Virus record (IMG/VR): IMGVR_UViG_3300012351_000008
Span: 1 to 64,000 of that record
Reading direction: 5' to 3' (one strand)
DNA length: 64,000 bases
DNA from: a virus
Part shown: one piece after another, positions 1-10,556 of the stretch
Layout of the letters: each line of letters starts with the position of its first letter
How positions within the stretch are numbered: the first letter of the stretch is position 1
The notes under the pieces: model-generated
Told to the model about the DNA's origin: nothing
The model's database searches: none
Seen by the model: only the letters and a program-made list of their open reading frames with translations
Translations under genes and position numbers: made by a program

Positions 1-782
1 GTGGCGTCAAGATGGTTTTCCCCGGCTGGCGTCAAGGGAGTGCCAGGGGGTGTCTGTTCTGGCTGAGTGGTTATAGAGCCACCTGGGTCGGATGATAATG
101 GTGGTATATCAGTTGCTTGTAGGATGTGAGCAATCTGTGCTCTGAGATCTGCTACTTCTCTTTCAAGCTTTTTTTCTTTTTCAGATTGATGAGAGGGCGC
201 GTCGTCGCTAGACGACATATTACTTTCTTTAAGAGTATCTTTAGAAGTATCTTTATTAATATCTTTAGCACGCTCAACTTGTGCTTGATCTTGTTCACCA
301 AACGTATCAGGCTTGTCATTTTTCGTGAACAAGCTTGTATTGTTTCGTGAACAAGTTTGTTCTATTTCGTGAACAAGTTGAGCGCTAGGAACCTTTGCAA
401 GCTCAACTTGTTCTTTTTGTGAACAAGAAAAGAAGAGCCTGTTAATCTCCCAAATATCAATAATTGTAATGTGATATTTGGGCATACCTTTTTCCCGCCC
501 GTTCCTCGCTTTTTCTCTTTGTATCTCTGCATGGACAAGACCTGCATCGTGGAGACGTGGCAGCATCTTACTTAGTGCGCTGACAGAGTATCTGGTCTGC
601 CCACTTAGTTCTCTCAGGGAAACAAAGCGTGGTTTCATATCCCAATAAATGCGACGAAGATCGCTATAGAGGTATTTCTCCTCTTTGGTAAGATCGCAAT
701 AAGCGATAAATAGGATGTTGGGAACGCGGGTGAAGTTTTTGGAATAACTCTCGTTATCAACTTTCTCGTCTTTGATACTCAT
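1..782 (-). CDS. Replication initiator-like HTH protein (Rep1), 3' end runs off the window
   Basis: Not in the ORF track. Manual translation from ATG 782 (overlaps the MTase stop): MSIKDEKVDNESYSKNFTRVPNILFIAY...VSLRELSGQTRYSVSALSKMLPRLHDAGLV...; I followed it open to about position 120. Contains internal iterons and resembles 25725..26750. Confidence 0.7.
   Translation of the reverse strand, partial: MSIKDEKVDNESYSKNFTRVPNILFIAYCDLTKEEKYLYSDLRRIYWDMKPRFVSLRELSGQTRYSVSALSKMLPRLHDAGLVHAEIQREKARNGREKGMPKYHITIIDIWEINRLFFSCSQKEQVELAKVPSAQLVHEIEQTCSRNNTSLFTKNDKPDTFGEQDQAQVERAKDINKDTSKDTLKESNMSSSDDAPSHQSEKEKKLEREVADLRAQIAHILQATDIPPLSSDPGGSITTQPEQTPPGTPLTPAGENHLDA
321..427. repeat. Iterons in Rep1 (putative origin)
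   Basis: TTTCGTGAACAAG at 321, 343 and 365 (22-bp period) plus a variant at 415; adjacent AT-rich TATCTTT repeats at about 225-268. Confidence 0.75.
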
Positions 783-1393
783 GCAGCACCGCCCACTTCT
801 TCCGTAGAATTTATAGTGACATCCCACATTTTGAGTGTGGAGTATGTTTGTTTTATAGGGCTGACGTGTTCAACAACTACGCCAAACTGTGAAAAGACCT
901 CGATGAATCGTTGTGTATTAGGACCGAGATAAACAAAACAGGTGCCAAACATCTGTTTATAGTTATTGGCTGTTTTATGTGGCACCAGGAAAGTAACCCG
1001 GTGGTCTGGAATACAGATAGGGAATTGCCAGAGAGGATAAAACCATTTAGCATTGACTTCAGTGGTTACCAGGGCTATAGCCTGATGAACTTTGCCTTGC
1101 TCATACGACTGGAGTAACTTCTCGATGAATAAACCTATGGTACTCTTACGTGTGGCTTGCATTTTGGCTGTGCGACCATAAGGGGGGTTCAGCCACAGAG
1201 TACGTGCTTGCCAATCCTGATCGAGTCCATTTTGTTCTTTGGTGTAGTAGCGATCAGCTTTAACGATTTGATTGGCTGCAGCACACGATGCCGGGTCCAG
1301 TTCGATTGAACCCATAACTAGACGTGCTGCCTCGGTATACTTTGGGGGAGTATACCATTCGGCGCTTTTTGTGACAGGGAGTATTTCACTCAT
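779..1393 (-). CDS. DNA N6-adenine methyltransferase (phage Dam-like)
   Basis: EWYTPP, LDPAS and WLNPPY motifs; GGAGGG RBS before ATG 1393. Confidence 0.85.
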   Translation of the reverse strand: MSEILPVTKSAEWYTPPKYTEAARLVMGSIELDPASCAAANQIVKADRYYTKEQNGLDQDWQARTLWLNPPYGRTAKMQATRKSTIGLFIEKLLQSYEQGKVHQAIALVTTEVNAKWFYPLWQFPICIPDHRVTFLVPHKTANNYKQMFGTCFVYLGPNTQRFIEVFSQFGVVVEHVSPIKQTYSTLKMWDVTINSTEEVGGAA

Positions 1394-1579
1394 GATATTC
1401 CCTCCGATCACCACCCAGGTCTATTAGCCCATCTGTTATACAAGGCTTGCATTTCCTTGCCAAAACAGTGCATAATAGAGTTAGGCGGCGTAGTGAACTA
1501 AGGGTGCTATCGAACCGGGTCCAAGCGATAGATAGCACCTGAGCTGCTAAAGTTTTATTTTGTTGGCTGATGTCAGCCC

Positions 1580-1777
1580 TTAATTGCCGTCTTGAGATTC
1601 CCTCTCTTCGATGTAACGCCTTAATTCTTCGGGTTTGATCTTCCACCGACCTGTACGTCCACCAAGTTTGAAGCCGCGTATTTCTCCACTCTTGAGTTTC
1701 TCTCTGACGCTGGCCTCTGTCATTCTGAGAATGCGAGCCACATCCTCTGGTGTAAGTAGTTCTTCCATCGCTAGCAT
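1580..1777 (-). CDS. Excisionase-like HTH_17 DNA-binding protein
   Basis: LLTPEDVARILRM...GEIRGFKLGG...WKI. Confidence 0.8.
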   Translation of the reverse strand: MLAMEELLTPEDVARILRMTEASVREKLKSGEIRGFKLGGRTGRWKIKPEELRRYIEERESQDGN

Positions 1778-2122
1778 TGTAGCCCTCCTGCTGTATTCCA
1801 TAACCTACAGATAGTATACCATAGGATTTTATATATATCTGTACCTTGCGTTTATTGTGCGTATATCCGTTATACTCACTGTTACATGTTTTGTTGTGCG
1901 CAGTTGCGTTATTGTCGAAATAAGAAATAAGTGTCACGTTGTCCTGCTTCCCTGTTATTCAGTTGGTTGGTCGTGTTGTGTCTGCATTGCTCGTTGATGT
2001 GCTTGCTCGTTTTTCGTGTGCAGTTCAGCACAGAGCAGGGCACGCAGTATGCCGGTCATTGGCAGCCGCGTCCTGTAGGTCTTTGATTTGGGCCTGGATA
2101 GCTGCGTAGCGTTGTTCTTCGT

Positions 2123-2611
2123 TCATAGTTGTGTGCCCTCCGGTAACTCAGGCATATCTGGTATGGCGTTGGCAATCTCCGCGATGGTGAGTCCTTCGTA
2201 TTTGGCGATGGTGCTGCCACTGGCTGGTATTGTTCGCCAGACGGTATGCAGTACGAGATCATAGGCCCGACGTGCAAGGAGTTGTATAACTTCCTGTCTT
2301 TCATTTATTTCCCAGAAGCGTTTTGCATCGAGCATATCAAGTGCATTCGTTTCGAGTAGTTCATCGATAAGTTGGTCAGCAAAGCCTATGAAGTGTGTAT
2401 CACGTCGGTTGTTATCAGATGGGACAACAGTTATCTTCACTGGCGTGTAACCTGTGTAGACGACCCGCTTCTGCATCGCGCGTACCATCGTCCAGGCGTT
2501 AGGTGCTTGAGCAACGCCATCAATGATGTCGGCTTCAGCGATAGTTTGCCAACCAGCGCCGTTATTGATTTGAAATTGTGCTTTGGGATTGTTTGCATTC
2601 ATAATTGTCAA
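2123..2611 (-). CDS. Hypothetical protein
   Basis: Coupled ORF in a minus-strand operon. Confidence 0.5.
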   Translation of the reverse strand: MTIMNANNPKAQFQINNGAGWQTIAEADIIDGVAQAPNAWTMVRAMQKRVVYTGYTPVKITVVPSDNNRRDTHFIGFADQLIDELLETNALDMLDAKRFWEINERQEVIQLLARRAYDLVLHTVWRTIPASGSTIAKYEGLTIAEIANAIPDMPELPEGTQL

Positions 2612-3006
2612 ATCACCTCCGTTGTTATGAGCAAAGAAAGACAGCCCTCTTTGTGCTGAAAGCCAGGGATAAGTTCAATGCGATCCTTGAAGGCACTGCT
2701 ATATCCTGCGTAATAGGCCCTACAATCACGGCAAGAGACTTCGATGTGACCTTCGTGGCCCTCCTCCACTGTGACTATGGTGGCTTGGATGTGTTGTACC
2801 ATGCGCTGGTAGACATCTGTGTCGATGCGAACCCATGGGGGCACTCCACCTTCTGCACTCATCACATTTTTGAGTCGAAAGGCTATGCTAGTAATGACTC
2901 TCTCGCGTTGTGCGGGATGAAGTGTGATAATATTGCCGCATTCTTGAAATAGCTCAGAAATAACGGTGCTAACGATTTCGCTCAGTCTCACGGTTGTCAT
3001 CTCCAT
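2608..3006 (-). CDS. Hypothetical protein
   Basis: Overlapping start/stop with neighbours. Confidence 0.55.
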   Translation of the reverse strand: MEMTTVRLSEIVSTVISELFQECGNIITLHPAQRERVITSIAFRLKNVMSAEGGVPPWVRIDTDVYQRMVQHIQATIVTVEEGHEGHIEVSCRDCRAYYAGYSSAFKDRIELIPGFQHKEGCLSLLITTEVI

Positions 3007-3272
3007 GTAATAAATTGTCTCATCCAGTCTAGTTCTTGTTGGATTGCTGCGAATGAGGCATATTCTGCTCTGCTCAGTTCAATGAAATCGGTAATCAGGT
3101 CCCGCTTGAAATCGGCTATGGATTCGCCTTTGGTTGCGCCCAAACCGTAGACGGTCGTATGTTCATTGGTAACAGAGTACCAACCGTCAATGGTACGGTG
3201 AATGGTTACTACGATAGGTTGGGCAAACTTGCGATGAGAGGGCAGCCTGCCGGAGAGATGGTGTGTGCTCAT
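2997..3272 (-). CDS. HicB-like fold small protein
   Basis: PIVVTI...WYSV...VYGLGATKGESIADF resembles the HicB N-terminal fold. Confidence 0.45.
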   Translation of the reverse strand: MSTHHLSGRLPSHRKFAQPIVVTIHRTIDGWYSVTNEHTTVYGLGATKGESIADFKRDLITDFIELSRAEYASFAAIQQELDWMRQFITWR

Positions 3273-3580
3273 GGTTGTGACTCCTCTGGTTTATCGATGA
3301 GGGTCTGACTATAAGGCTCAGAATATTCCAGCAATTGGAATTGCCATTTATCATCGAGCATTGAGATGACATTGACGAGATTATGCTTTGCCGATACATG
3401 GAGTTCTTCATTCTCGTACCATGCTTGTTCAACTTTGAAGTAGTAAAGAGTTGTCTCGAAGGTCACGACAATACGTTTGCCTACCAGTTGCGCAGGAAGG
3501 GTTTCATTTTCTTCTCGGGCAAATGGGTTTATGATAAAGCACATGTGTCTGTCGCGCATGTAAAGAATGCCTTTTTTCAT
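3269..3580 (-). CDS. Hypothetical protein
   Basis: ATGA coupling on both sides. Confidence 0.55.
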   Translation of the reverse strand: MKKGILYMRDRHMCFIINPFAREENETLPAQLVGKRIVVTFETTLYYFKVEQAWYENEELHVSAKHNLVNVISMLDDKWQFQLLEYSEPYSQTLIDKPEESQP

Positions 3581-3855
3581 ACTGGTATCTCCATCTCCTC
3601 TTCCAACCAACGCAAAAAGCTTATGGCATCCTCAATTCCGTAGCCCTGCTCTAACACCTCCTCACTCAGCCACATGTCACGGATGAGGCGAGAGAGCCAT
3701 AAGCGTGGTACAAGTTCGCCTGGCTTAAGTGGCATGGCCTTGATAGTGGTAATGCACTTCTGACGAAGCACTTCATCGTGGATGCCACTGTCGGTTGCGC
3801 CTCCATCATAAGCGTAGAGGCCATCTAACGCGTCGCGTAGTTCTTGTTCTGTCAT
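3577..3855 (-). CDS. Hypothetical protein
   Basis: ATGA coupling. Confidence 0.6.
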   Translation of the reverse strand: MTEQELRDALDGLYAYDGGATDSGIHDEVLRQKCITTIKAMPLKPGELVPRLWLSRLIRDMWLSEEVLEQGYGIEDAISFLRWLEEEMEIPV

Positions 3856-4280
3856 GACTCATCTCCATCAGGCTCTACCGTGACATTGCCACGCAGAATC
3901 ATCGTGCAACCATAACCACTCTTACATGAGCAGGCGTGTGGTGGTGTACGGGCCAGCCACACGTAGCCATCGCGTCCTGGTTTAGCCTCTTTGACAAAGC
4001 CACAGGGCTGCCCGTCTAGCGTGGACTTCCAGAAGCGAGGTAAAAGCCATTGCCGAACGCTGATAGTGCCCTCTTCTTGCTCTGGTATCTCTTCAGGGTG
4101 ACACTGCCAGCAAGAACACTCGTGATCCTGCGCAACTGCTGCAAGTTGGGTATGATTGCCTTGAGGTGTGATGGATATGCCCTCTAACACTATTTGGCGC
4201 GGGTGTGGTTGAAGTGCTAGGCCTCGCCTGGAGATGAGACCGTCCCATCTTACATCGAGAAAACCGCCATTTTTACTCAT
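3852..4280 (-). CDS. Hypothetical Cys-containing protein
   Basis: CxCxxC motif, coupled ORF. Confidence 0.55.
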   Translation of the reverse strand: MSKNGGFLDVRWDGLISRRGLALQPHPRQIVLEGISITPQGNHTQLAAVAQDHECSCWQCHPEEIPEQEEGTISVRQWLLPRFWKSTLDGQPCGFVKEAKPGRDGYVWLARTPPHACSCKSGYGCTMILRGNVTVEPDGDES

Positions 4281-4833
4281 GCTCTGCTGCCTTCCGTAAA
4301 TATTGGGTAACTATCATTTTCCGCTATCCGCCGAGCCGATTGCTACCGGGCTCACGCTTGACTGCCTGTCGTGCCAGCAGAACCTGAAAGCTCGTTGTTA
4401 CTCTCTTGCTCCAATGTCTTCAGCAACTCCACGATTTGCTCCTCGTTCAGCGATTCAATATCCCAACGCCAGCCGAGGCACAGCCAGATTGCGCCACCGG
4501 CTGAACGTGCCACCATGACTGCATTGGACTTGCGATAGTGTGGCGAACTAACAATATGGCGATCCGCTTCGATCAGATGAGGTGGAACTTTGTTCATCTG
4601 GCATGTCCAGCCATGTTTGGTACAGATTGCTTTGATTTGCCTCGTGCTAAGACGGGTTACATCTTTACCTGTCTCTAGCCCATTTTGCTTAGATATTTGC
4701 ATGATTGTGTGTATCCACTTTCCACATATGATAATATTGTTCGTGATGTGTTGTACCTGTGTAATTACACAGGTGTGTGAAATAAGTGCAAGAGCCTGCA
4801 TTGACGGTTGAGAGTCGTGCAGGCTCTTTGCGT

Positions 4834-5115
4834 TTAGTTTGTTCTCATTGCCGCCAGCCGCTTTTCATGGATAGCATTCAGCACTTGGCAACTCTGGCAC
4901 TGGCAATCAATAAAGTTGTAGCCTTTAGCGTAGTGAGTCCCACCACAGGGCACGATTACATCACCGCAGAACTCCACCATCTCAATGATACGGTTGCCAG
5001 TATGTAGGGCAACGCCCCAATCGGTAATGGGTTCGAGGGTGAACTGCTGGCCTTCTTTGACTTCGGGCAGTTCGTCAAGGGCCAGGGTGATAAGTTGCGC
5101 TAGGGCTTCAAACAT
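4834..5115 (-). CDS. Hypothetical protein
   Basis: TAATG coupling, RBS. Confidence 0.55.
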   Translation of the reverse strand: MFEALAQLITLALDELPEVKEGQQFTLEPITDWGVALHTGNRIIEMVEFCGDVIVPCGGTHYAKGYNFIDCQCQSCQVLNAIHEKRLAAMRTN

Positions 5116-5552
5116 TATTCATCCTCCTGAGAGTTGAGTATCTCATTCACTTTCTGGACATTTTCATCATCAGTGAGAAAGTTGCCGAGATGCCAACTGC
5201 GACGACGTATCTGCAGTGCTGTCATAGCAACTTGGAAGTTCTGTTCGTCCAGACTGGTCACGAAATCAACAGGAGAGGCCTGTGTGTATCCTGCGTTAAA
5301 CAAATTGCCTGCCAACTGAATGAGAGCAAGATAGCCACCAGACCAGTGCTCATTGGCTATTAGCTCATCAAACTTGATCCCATCGCGACCCACGTAACTC
5401 TTAGCTCGTTCCCACGTGCCACTATTGGAAGTCAAAATGTATAGTGCCGCCCCGTACTCCTCGTTAATGTGCCCTTCGTAGATTTTTCCGGTTTGTTGAA
5501 TGGCAACAAGGAAACGCTGTCTGTGATTCTCGGATTTGAAAATGATTTTCAT
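5115..5552 (-). CDS. DUF6075-like conserved hypothetical protein
   Basis: H.QRF...YGAALYILT...WSGG...LAGNLFN...SPVD pattern. Confidence 0.55.
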   Translation of the reverse strand: MKIIFKSENHRQRFLVAIQQTGKIYEGHINEEYGAALYILTSNSGTWERAKSYVGRDGIKFDELIANEHWSGGYLALIQLAGNLFNAGYTQASPVDFVTSLDEQNFQVAMTALQIRRRSWHLGNFLTDDENVQKVNEILNSQEDE

Positions 5553-5848
5553 TTGTGATCCTCGTACTGCTTGATAATGTGTTGCACCATCTTATGTACT
5601 CGCTCAATATCATCTGGTGTTGGTAACAATCCCTCGCGTTCGAGATAAGCGTGCTCTATCTCGCGCATCTTTGCAAAGAGTTCACTATCGTGTGCAGCCC
5701 GCTCTTCTAGCTCAATCGTCAGGTCAAGGTCGTGGTCATCCCACGGGTGTTTGTCGAAGAGTGCCTGATACAGTGCGATATCATTGGCTCTGCTCAGTTG
5801 TTCGCCACGTTGCGCGGCGGCGATGGCTTGCTCGAAAAAGTCTTTCAC
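5549..5848 (-). CDS. Hypothetical protein
   Basis: Coupled ORF. Confidence 0.55.
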   Translation of the reverse strand: MKDFFEQAIAAAQRGEQLSRANDIALYQALFDKHPWDDHDLDLTIELEERAAHDSELFAKMREIEHAYLEREGLLPTPDDIERVHKMVQHIIKQYEDHK

Positions 5849-6381
5849 AATATTTCCTCTTCATCCTCGGTGACTATGAGATCGTTTGCCTTGACCTCGA
5901 TTGTTCCCTTATCGGTGCGGCGTTCCCCTTGCCACTTCACGGAGCCATTCAGGGCATAGCCCCACGGGCTAAGAAAGTGCTGGATAAGAAATTGCAGCCA
6001 TTCTACGTAGTCGTAGAACTTCTCTGCTCCATTCCACTTAATGGCTGTCCCTTGCTCATTAGGTGCCCATTTGCACCATAAGCCAGGAACGCCAGCAGGA
6101 GTGGGGTTATAGTTAACCAGAGCAGGATGATAAGCTGGACGCCCATTGCAGCTATAGTGTGTGAGGCTGATACTGTAATCTGTAATCCCGGTAAAGTAGA
6201 TGCTGAATAAGCCTAATGGTAGTTCTGCTGCTTCGCGTATTGGATCGGGGATAGATGGTAACATGCTCTCATTCCACAGCATATGGCGCGTCTCCGCAAA
6301 ACGCTCAAGGTAGGCTTTGTGTCCTGGCGTTAGTGGTTTGTCTAAATCGAATTGTCCTTCAAATGTTGTCGTGTATCCCAT
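5845..6381 (-). CDS. Conserved hypothetical phage protein
   Basis: MGYTTTFEG...WCKW...WNGAEKFYDYVEWL...WQGE pattern. Confidence 0.65.
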   Translation of the reverse strand: MGYTTTFEGQFDLDKPLTPGHKAYLERFAETRHMLWNESMLPSIPDPIREAAELPLGLFSIYFTGITDYSISLTHYSCNGRPAYHPALVNYNPTPAGVPGLWCKWAPNEQGTAIKWNGAEKFYDYVEWLQFLIQHFLSPWGYALNGSVKWQGERRTDKGTIEVKANDLIVTEDEEEIL

Positions 6382-6398
6382 CGTTAACTTGCTTTCTG

Positions 6399-6908
6399 CT
6401 AGTGGTTGTAAATTGCCGGATTTTCGCAGTTCTTCAATGCCCACTTCACCCACCAGTCTAGCCAGACGAGTCTGGCTAGGATAGGGTCAAGTCCATTGCT
6501 AACGTAGTCATTGCCCCAATGGAATTCATCAAATCCAGGTTGCGCATCAGGGTGTCTTGCTTTCCATCGGTTGAGGGCCTGCTCAATAGCCAGAGCGTGT
6601 TCAACATGGAGTGCTGTATGTCCAGGGTGCTCACGCATAAGACCGGTTTCACGGTTGAAGAAGAGATCGCGGAGTCCCACCTCATCGCAGAACTCTCCCC
6701 ACTGGCTATAGCCGGGATGTCTGCCATTGCTGTTTTTCGTCATTTCATCGTTGGGGAATGTTGGCGCGTCCGGTTGGTGTATCTCTTTGACCATAGGATC
6801 GTAGTAACAAACTTTGCCATTGACGACGCGAGAGTAGCCTGTGGTGTACTCTTCGTCCTCTTCGATTGGCTCCATTTTGAGTTCGCCGATGTAGATTGAA
6901 TAACTCAT
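6399..6908 (-). CDS. Hypothetical protein
   Basis: 169-aa coupled ORF. Confidence 0.65.
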   Translation of the reverse strand: MSYSIYIGELKMEPIEEDEEYTTGYSRVVNGKVCYYDPMVKEIHQPDAPTFPNDEMTKNSNGRHPGYSQWGEFCDEVGLRDLFFNRETGLMREHPGHTALHVEHALAIEQALNRWKARHPDAQPGFDEFHWGNDYVSNGLDPILARLVWLDWWVKWALKNCENPAIYNH

Positions 6909-7189
6909 GCTTGTGCCTCCTGAACTGTGGTTTGTTGCTTCTCTGCCATAATCGCGGCAATTTGACGATCAACCTTTTCCTGGTGCTTATCGTATCGGGC
7001 CTCAAGCAATGCCTGGTTCTCTGGTGTATCAGGGAGGACAGCATCAGATTTGCAAATGCTACGAACGCCTGTAGACCACTTGACGCGCACATACTCAGTA
7101 CTCTCGCGGGTCCAACTTTCAAGAACAAAGCCTTCGTAGATGCCATCACTGATGTTCTTCTTGAGCACTTTGTCAAATTCTGCGTACAT
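6905..7189 (-). CDS. Hypothetical protein
   Basis: GAGG RBS, coupled. Confidence 0.55.
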   Translation of the reverse strand: MYAEFDKVLKKNISDGIYEGFVLESWTRESTEYVRVKWSTGVRSICKSDAVLPDTPENQALLEARYDKHQEKVDRQIAAIMAEKQQTTVQEAQA

Positions 7190-7191
7190 GA

Positions 7192-7398
7192 TTATTCCTC
7201 TCCCAGCATCTCCCTGATATCGAGGATGTCTCCCATCGCTTGTGTCAGATCCAGGTCTATTTTCTTGAGTGCCAAGTCCTTGTGTAGCGGCGAGAGTGTA
7301 TCTAAGGCACTCTGTACTGTAACCTCAAGATTGTAGATGAGATCACGTAGACGGTCTTCATCGATGCGACTTTGCTTCGTGGTTGCTTCAGCGTTCAT
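7192..7398 (-). CDS. Hypothetical protein
   Basis: First ORF after a minus-strand TTGACA..TATAAT promoter. Confidence 0.55.
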   Translation of the reverse strand: MNAEATTKQSRIDEDRLRDLIYNLEVTVQSALDTLSPLHKDLALKKIDLDLTQAMGDILDIREMLGEE

Positions 7399-7454
7399 AT
7401 CAGCCCTTTCTCATTATAATTCTTGTGTTCAATATCGTACAATCATATTGTCTA

Positions 7455-7532
7455 AATTATAGATTATGGTACTACTGTATGTCAAGTGCTAACGTTTTAT
7501 CGGATTGACGTGATATCATAATTGTGTATAAT
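7455..7532. promoter_or_regulatory. Divergent sigma70-type promoters
   Basis: Minus strand TTGACA...TATAAT (about 7485-7456); plus strand TTGACG...TATAAT (about 7505-7531). Confidence 0.55.
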
Positions 7533-7565
7533 TAAAGACAGAGTAATCAGCCTGAGGAGGGAATC

Positions 7566-7799
7566 ATGAACAAGCAGCAAGATACAATAACATCTCAAGA
7601 AGCAGCCGATATGTTGGGTGTTGAACTTGGCTATCTGTACTTTTTGAATAGAACAAACCAATTGTCGCCTATTCCGCAAAAAACAATAAAGCAAAAGCCA
7701 AGATTGAAATATCGCCGCTCTGATGTTCAGGCATTCTTGGAGAAACAAGAGCAAAAAGCCAAGGAGGATGACTTTCGACACCTCCAACCTGCCAGTTAA
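7566..7799 (+). CDS. HTH DNA-binding protein (HTH_17/MerR-like)
   Basis: ITSQEAADMLGV...LKYRRSDV; GGAGG RBS. Confidence 0.7.
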   Translation: MNKQQDTITSQEAADMLGVELGYLYFLNRTNQLSPIPQKTIKQKPRLKYRRSDVQAFLEKQEQKAKEDDFRHLQPAS

Positions 7800-7944
7800 A
7801 AATAAATGATATGGGGCACGTTGCTCTGGTGCCCCGTTATATTTTCCACACATACGATTCCCCAAATATACTTGTAAAGAGTAAGTTACTAAGTTTCGCA
7901 GTTGGTATAAACCCCGTAAAATCGGAGCCTTTTCTTACAAATCC

Positions 7945-10075
7945 TCATTCCAACACGAATACTCTCGCCACAATCCCGGCCAAAATACCAGCGGCCAGCC
8001 CAGCATCAGCAACACGATAGCCAGTGGTACGCTGCCCATGAGGCCGAGTGTGAAGAGTGCGCGATCTCTGCGGTTCATGATTGCTCCTGATATTCTGCGA
8101 GTGCATCAGTGACTCTTGATCGTAAGTCTGTTTCGTCTGTGTGTTCAATATGGGGCATGCACTCTCGCAAGAGACGCACGATCTTATCGTTCTCTTGTTG
8201 TGTGCGCTCAAAGCGGACAGCCCTCATCATAATCTGTGCCCACGGGAGATCGGCCCGGTCTTTGCGTTTGTGATAGAGATCGAGTAGTTCCGTGGTGGAT
8301 AGCTGAAATATGATGCTGTCGTTGACATTGTCTGCTGGCTGGTCTTTCATTGGGCACTCCTTGTCACCTCTGCTAGCTGCCACGCCTCGGTTACTTCGCT
8401 GAACGGCACGCTCAAATCCTGCAAGCAGAGCATCATCTGTACCAGAGCGCGGAAGCCTACTTTTTTTTGGTATCTCACTGCAATATCTTCTATTTGTTCT
8501 ATGGTGAATCCTGCTTCTTTGAGTTTTTGTAGTTCTTGAATATCCATCCTCGACATATCCCTTCTATGGTATTTATTTGACTCTTTTGTTGTCTTGTAGT
8601 TTCTGTTTACCTTTTTCTGTCAGCCGGTACGTGCCGTCTCCTCGGTTGTAGCTCACCCATCCGGGCAACTCCATCTGGTAGAGGCTCGGTAAGTTGCCTT
8701 CGTCTTTCATGTTTCGAATGGTTTGATTGATGCGTCCAAGCGTTGGGTTCCCGTTCCTTTGATACGTTCTCTGCGTATTCATACCTATATATACTCTTTT
8801 GCTTGTTTACCTTCTTGTAGCCGTTCGCTACACTCAAACCGCTTGTTATAAATTATATCCAGATCAGGATTAGGCGGTCTGTTGAGCAGTGGGTTGTTGC
8901 TCTGTACCGGGCTGCGATAGCGCACTCCATACGGCGATGGTGGCTCCTGCCCGCGTTTATATCGTGGTCGGTAGCCCTTTGTATCGTTTCTGCACAATAC
9001 GAGCGATATGATGCAGCAGAACAGTAGTGCAGCCAGGAGTACTATAGCAATCATGGCTCGTCCTGCACAGTCTCATAAAGTTCAGCGCACTCCTGGCACA
9101 TTCTGTTTATCTCTGTACTTAGCTGGTCTGTTGGCTTGCGTACGGCACAGTGCATACAGCAGAACGTCTCGTGTTGTGGCTCAGGTGGCAGTGCTGCTCT
9201 TTGCCAGCATTCCTCGCATACTTGCAGAACAAGTACAGCAAAGGCCCATGCAATGAGCGCCTCGACAAAGTGCCTACTAGAGATGAAATCAAAGCCTCTC
9301 GCCAGAATGATACCGAGTAGGGTGATGAGCACGATCATAGGGTTTGTTCCTGTTCCAATGGATCACTCGATGGGAAAATCTGTTGAATCTCTTCTTCCGT
9401 GACTCGTTCTCTCATTCTCCTGGTACGAGATCCCCAGGCATATCCAATGGTGCATCCAATGATGGTTATGACAATGGCTGCCAGGGCTGTCAACTCGTAG
9501 GCGGCAAATGCGGCGCTATTCATTTCAGTTCTCCTGTCAGGTAGTATCCCTCGCTATCTTCAGCAATGAGCCCTTTCGACAACATTTCATCGAGACGGGT
9601 TGCAACGCTCTCTCTGGTCGGGAAAAGAACAATGTCCCGGCTATCTGGGCCGATTGCATTGCTCCGAACCGTGGCGAACACATCGAATCTCCCATCTTTG
9701 TCCTGAAAGCCAATAATGAGGCTATGTTCGCTCATAGGGTACCTCGCTGATACTGCCTTCGACGTAGACGCCCATGTGATCGAAGTGGACATCCGTATTC
9801 ATGTTATTGTAGTTTGAACTTGAGAAAGTAAACGTTTGCTGCTGTTGACGTTGACGTAACTGTTCAATAATTGTGGCGTCCTGGCCGCGAGAATTTTCGA
9901 TGTTGATACTGGTCATATCGGAGTTCACGGTTTATGCTCGCTTTCGGCCTGATCAGGTTCCTCTTTAAGTTTGTCAGACAGCACTTTGACATCGGCGATA
10001 AGTTGGTTGATCTGTGTTTGTTGTTGGAGCAGCATCTCTTCAATCCGCTCCAACGCTTCAAGAAAAAAATCCATG
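7945..10075 (-). other. Cluster of small coupled hypothetical ORFs, several with one or two TM segments
   Basis: 8075-8350, 8347-8556, 8573-8782, 8785-9054, 9051-9338, 9335-9523 and others with ATGA overlaps and hydrophobic N-termini. Confidence 0.5.
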
Positions 10076-10100
10076 CTGCCCCTGCCTTTCTTCTGGTTGC

Positions 10101-10337
10101 CTAAGTCGATGGATTGAGCAAGGCGTCAAGTGTCGATTTTTTGATACGGTACGCCTGGCGTGCTCTCACATGGGGAAGTGTTACGGCCTCCAGTGCGCCA
10201 CTTTTAACCCAACGCCTGACCGTTGTATCGTCAACTCGTAACCGGCGCGCAACTTCGCGGACGGTTAGCAATTCATCCGTTGGCTGTTCTATTGACTGTT
10301 GTGCTTTCTGTTTCTTGGCAAGTTTTTCTTGGTTCAT
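10101..10337 (-). CDS. Excisionase-like HTH_17 protein
   Basis: ELLTVREVARRLRVDDTTVRRWVKSGAL...YRI. Confidence 0.85.
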   Translation of the reverse strand: MNQEKLAKKQKAQQSIEQPTDELLTVREVARRLRVDDTTVRRWVKSGALEAVTLPHVRARQAYRIKKSTLDALLNPST

Positions 10338-10556
10338 TTCGGTATTTCTACTTTCTTTAATTGTTGCGTTGACATTGGCTCAGTAACATAATCTGATTTG
10401 ATAGCGCGGTGGCTGGTAGTGAGAAGTCCATCATCTTCATCTTCGTAATCGCCAGGTGGGACATCTTCGCCTATGGCCCGGTAGCTGCGCCAGAGGCGAA
10501 AGGGATTAACAGGATTGATTGATCGATGTTTCCGAGAGAATAATTTCAATGAATCC

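Noticed and set aside
1950-2126. Short minus-strand ORF ending ...CPALC-TGA (2027-2025), considered as a second Sec codon
   Set aside because: No hairpin after the TGA and the downstream frame is not protein-like; more likely a small or frameshifted gene.
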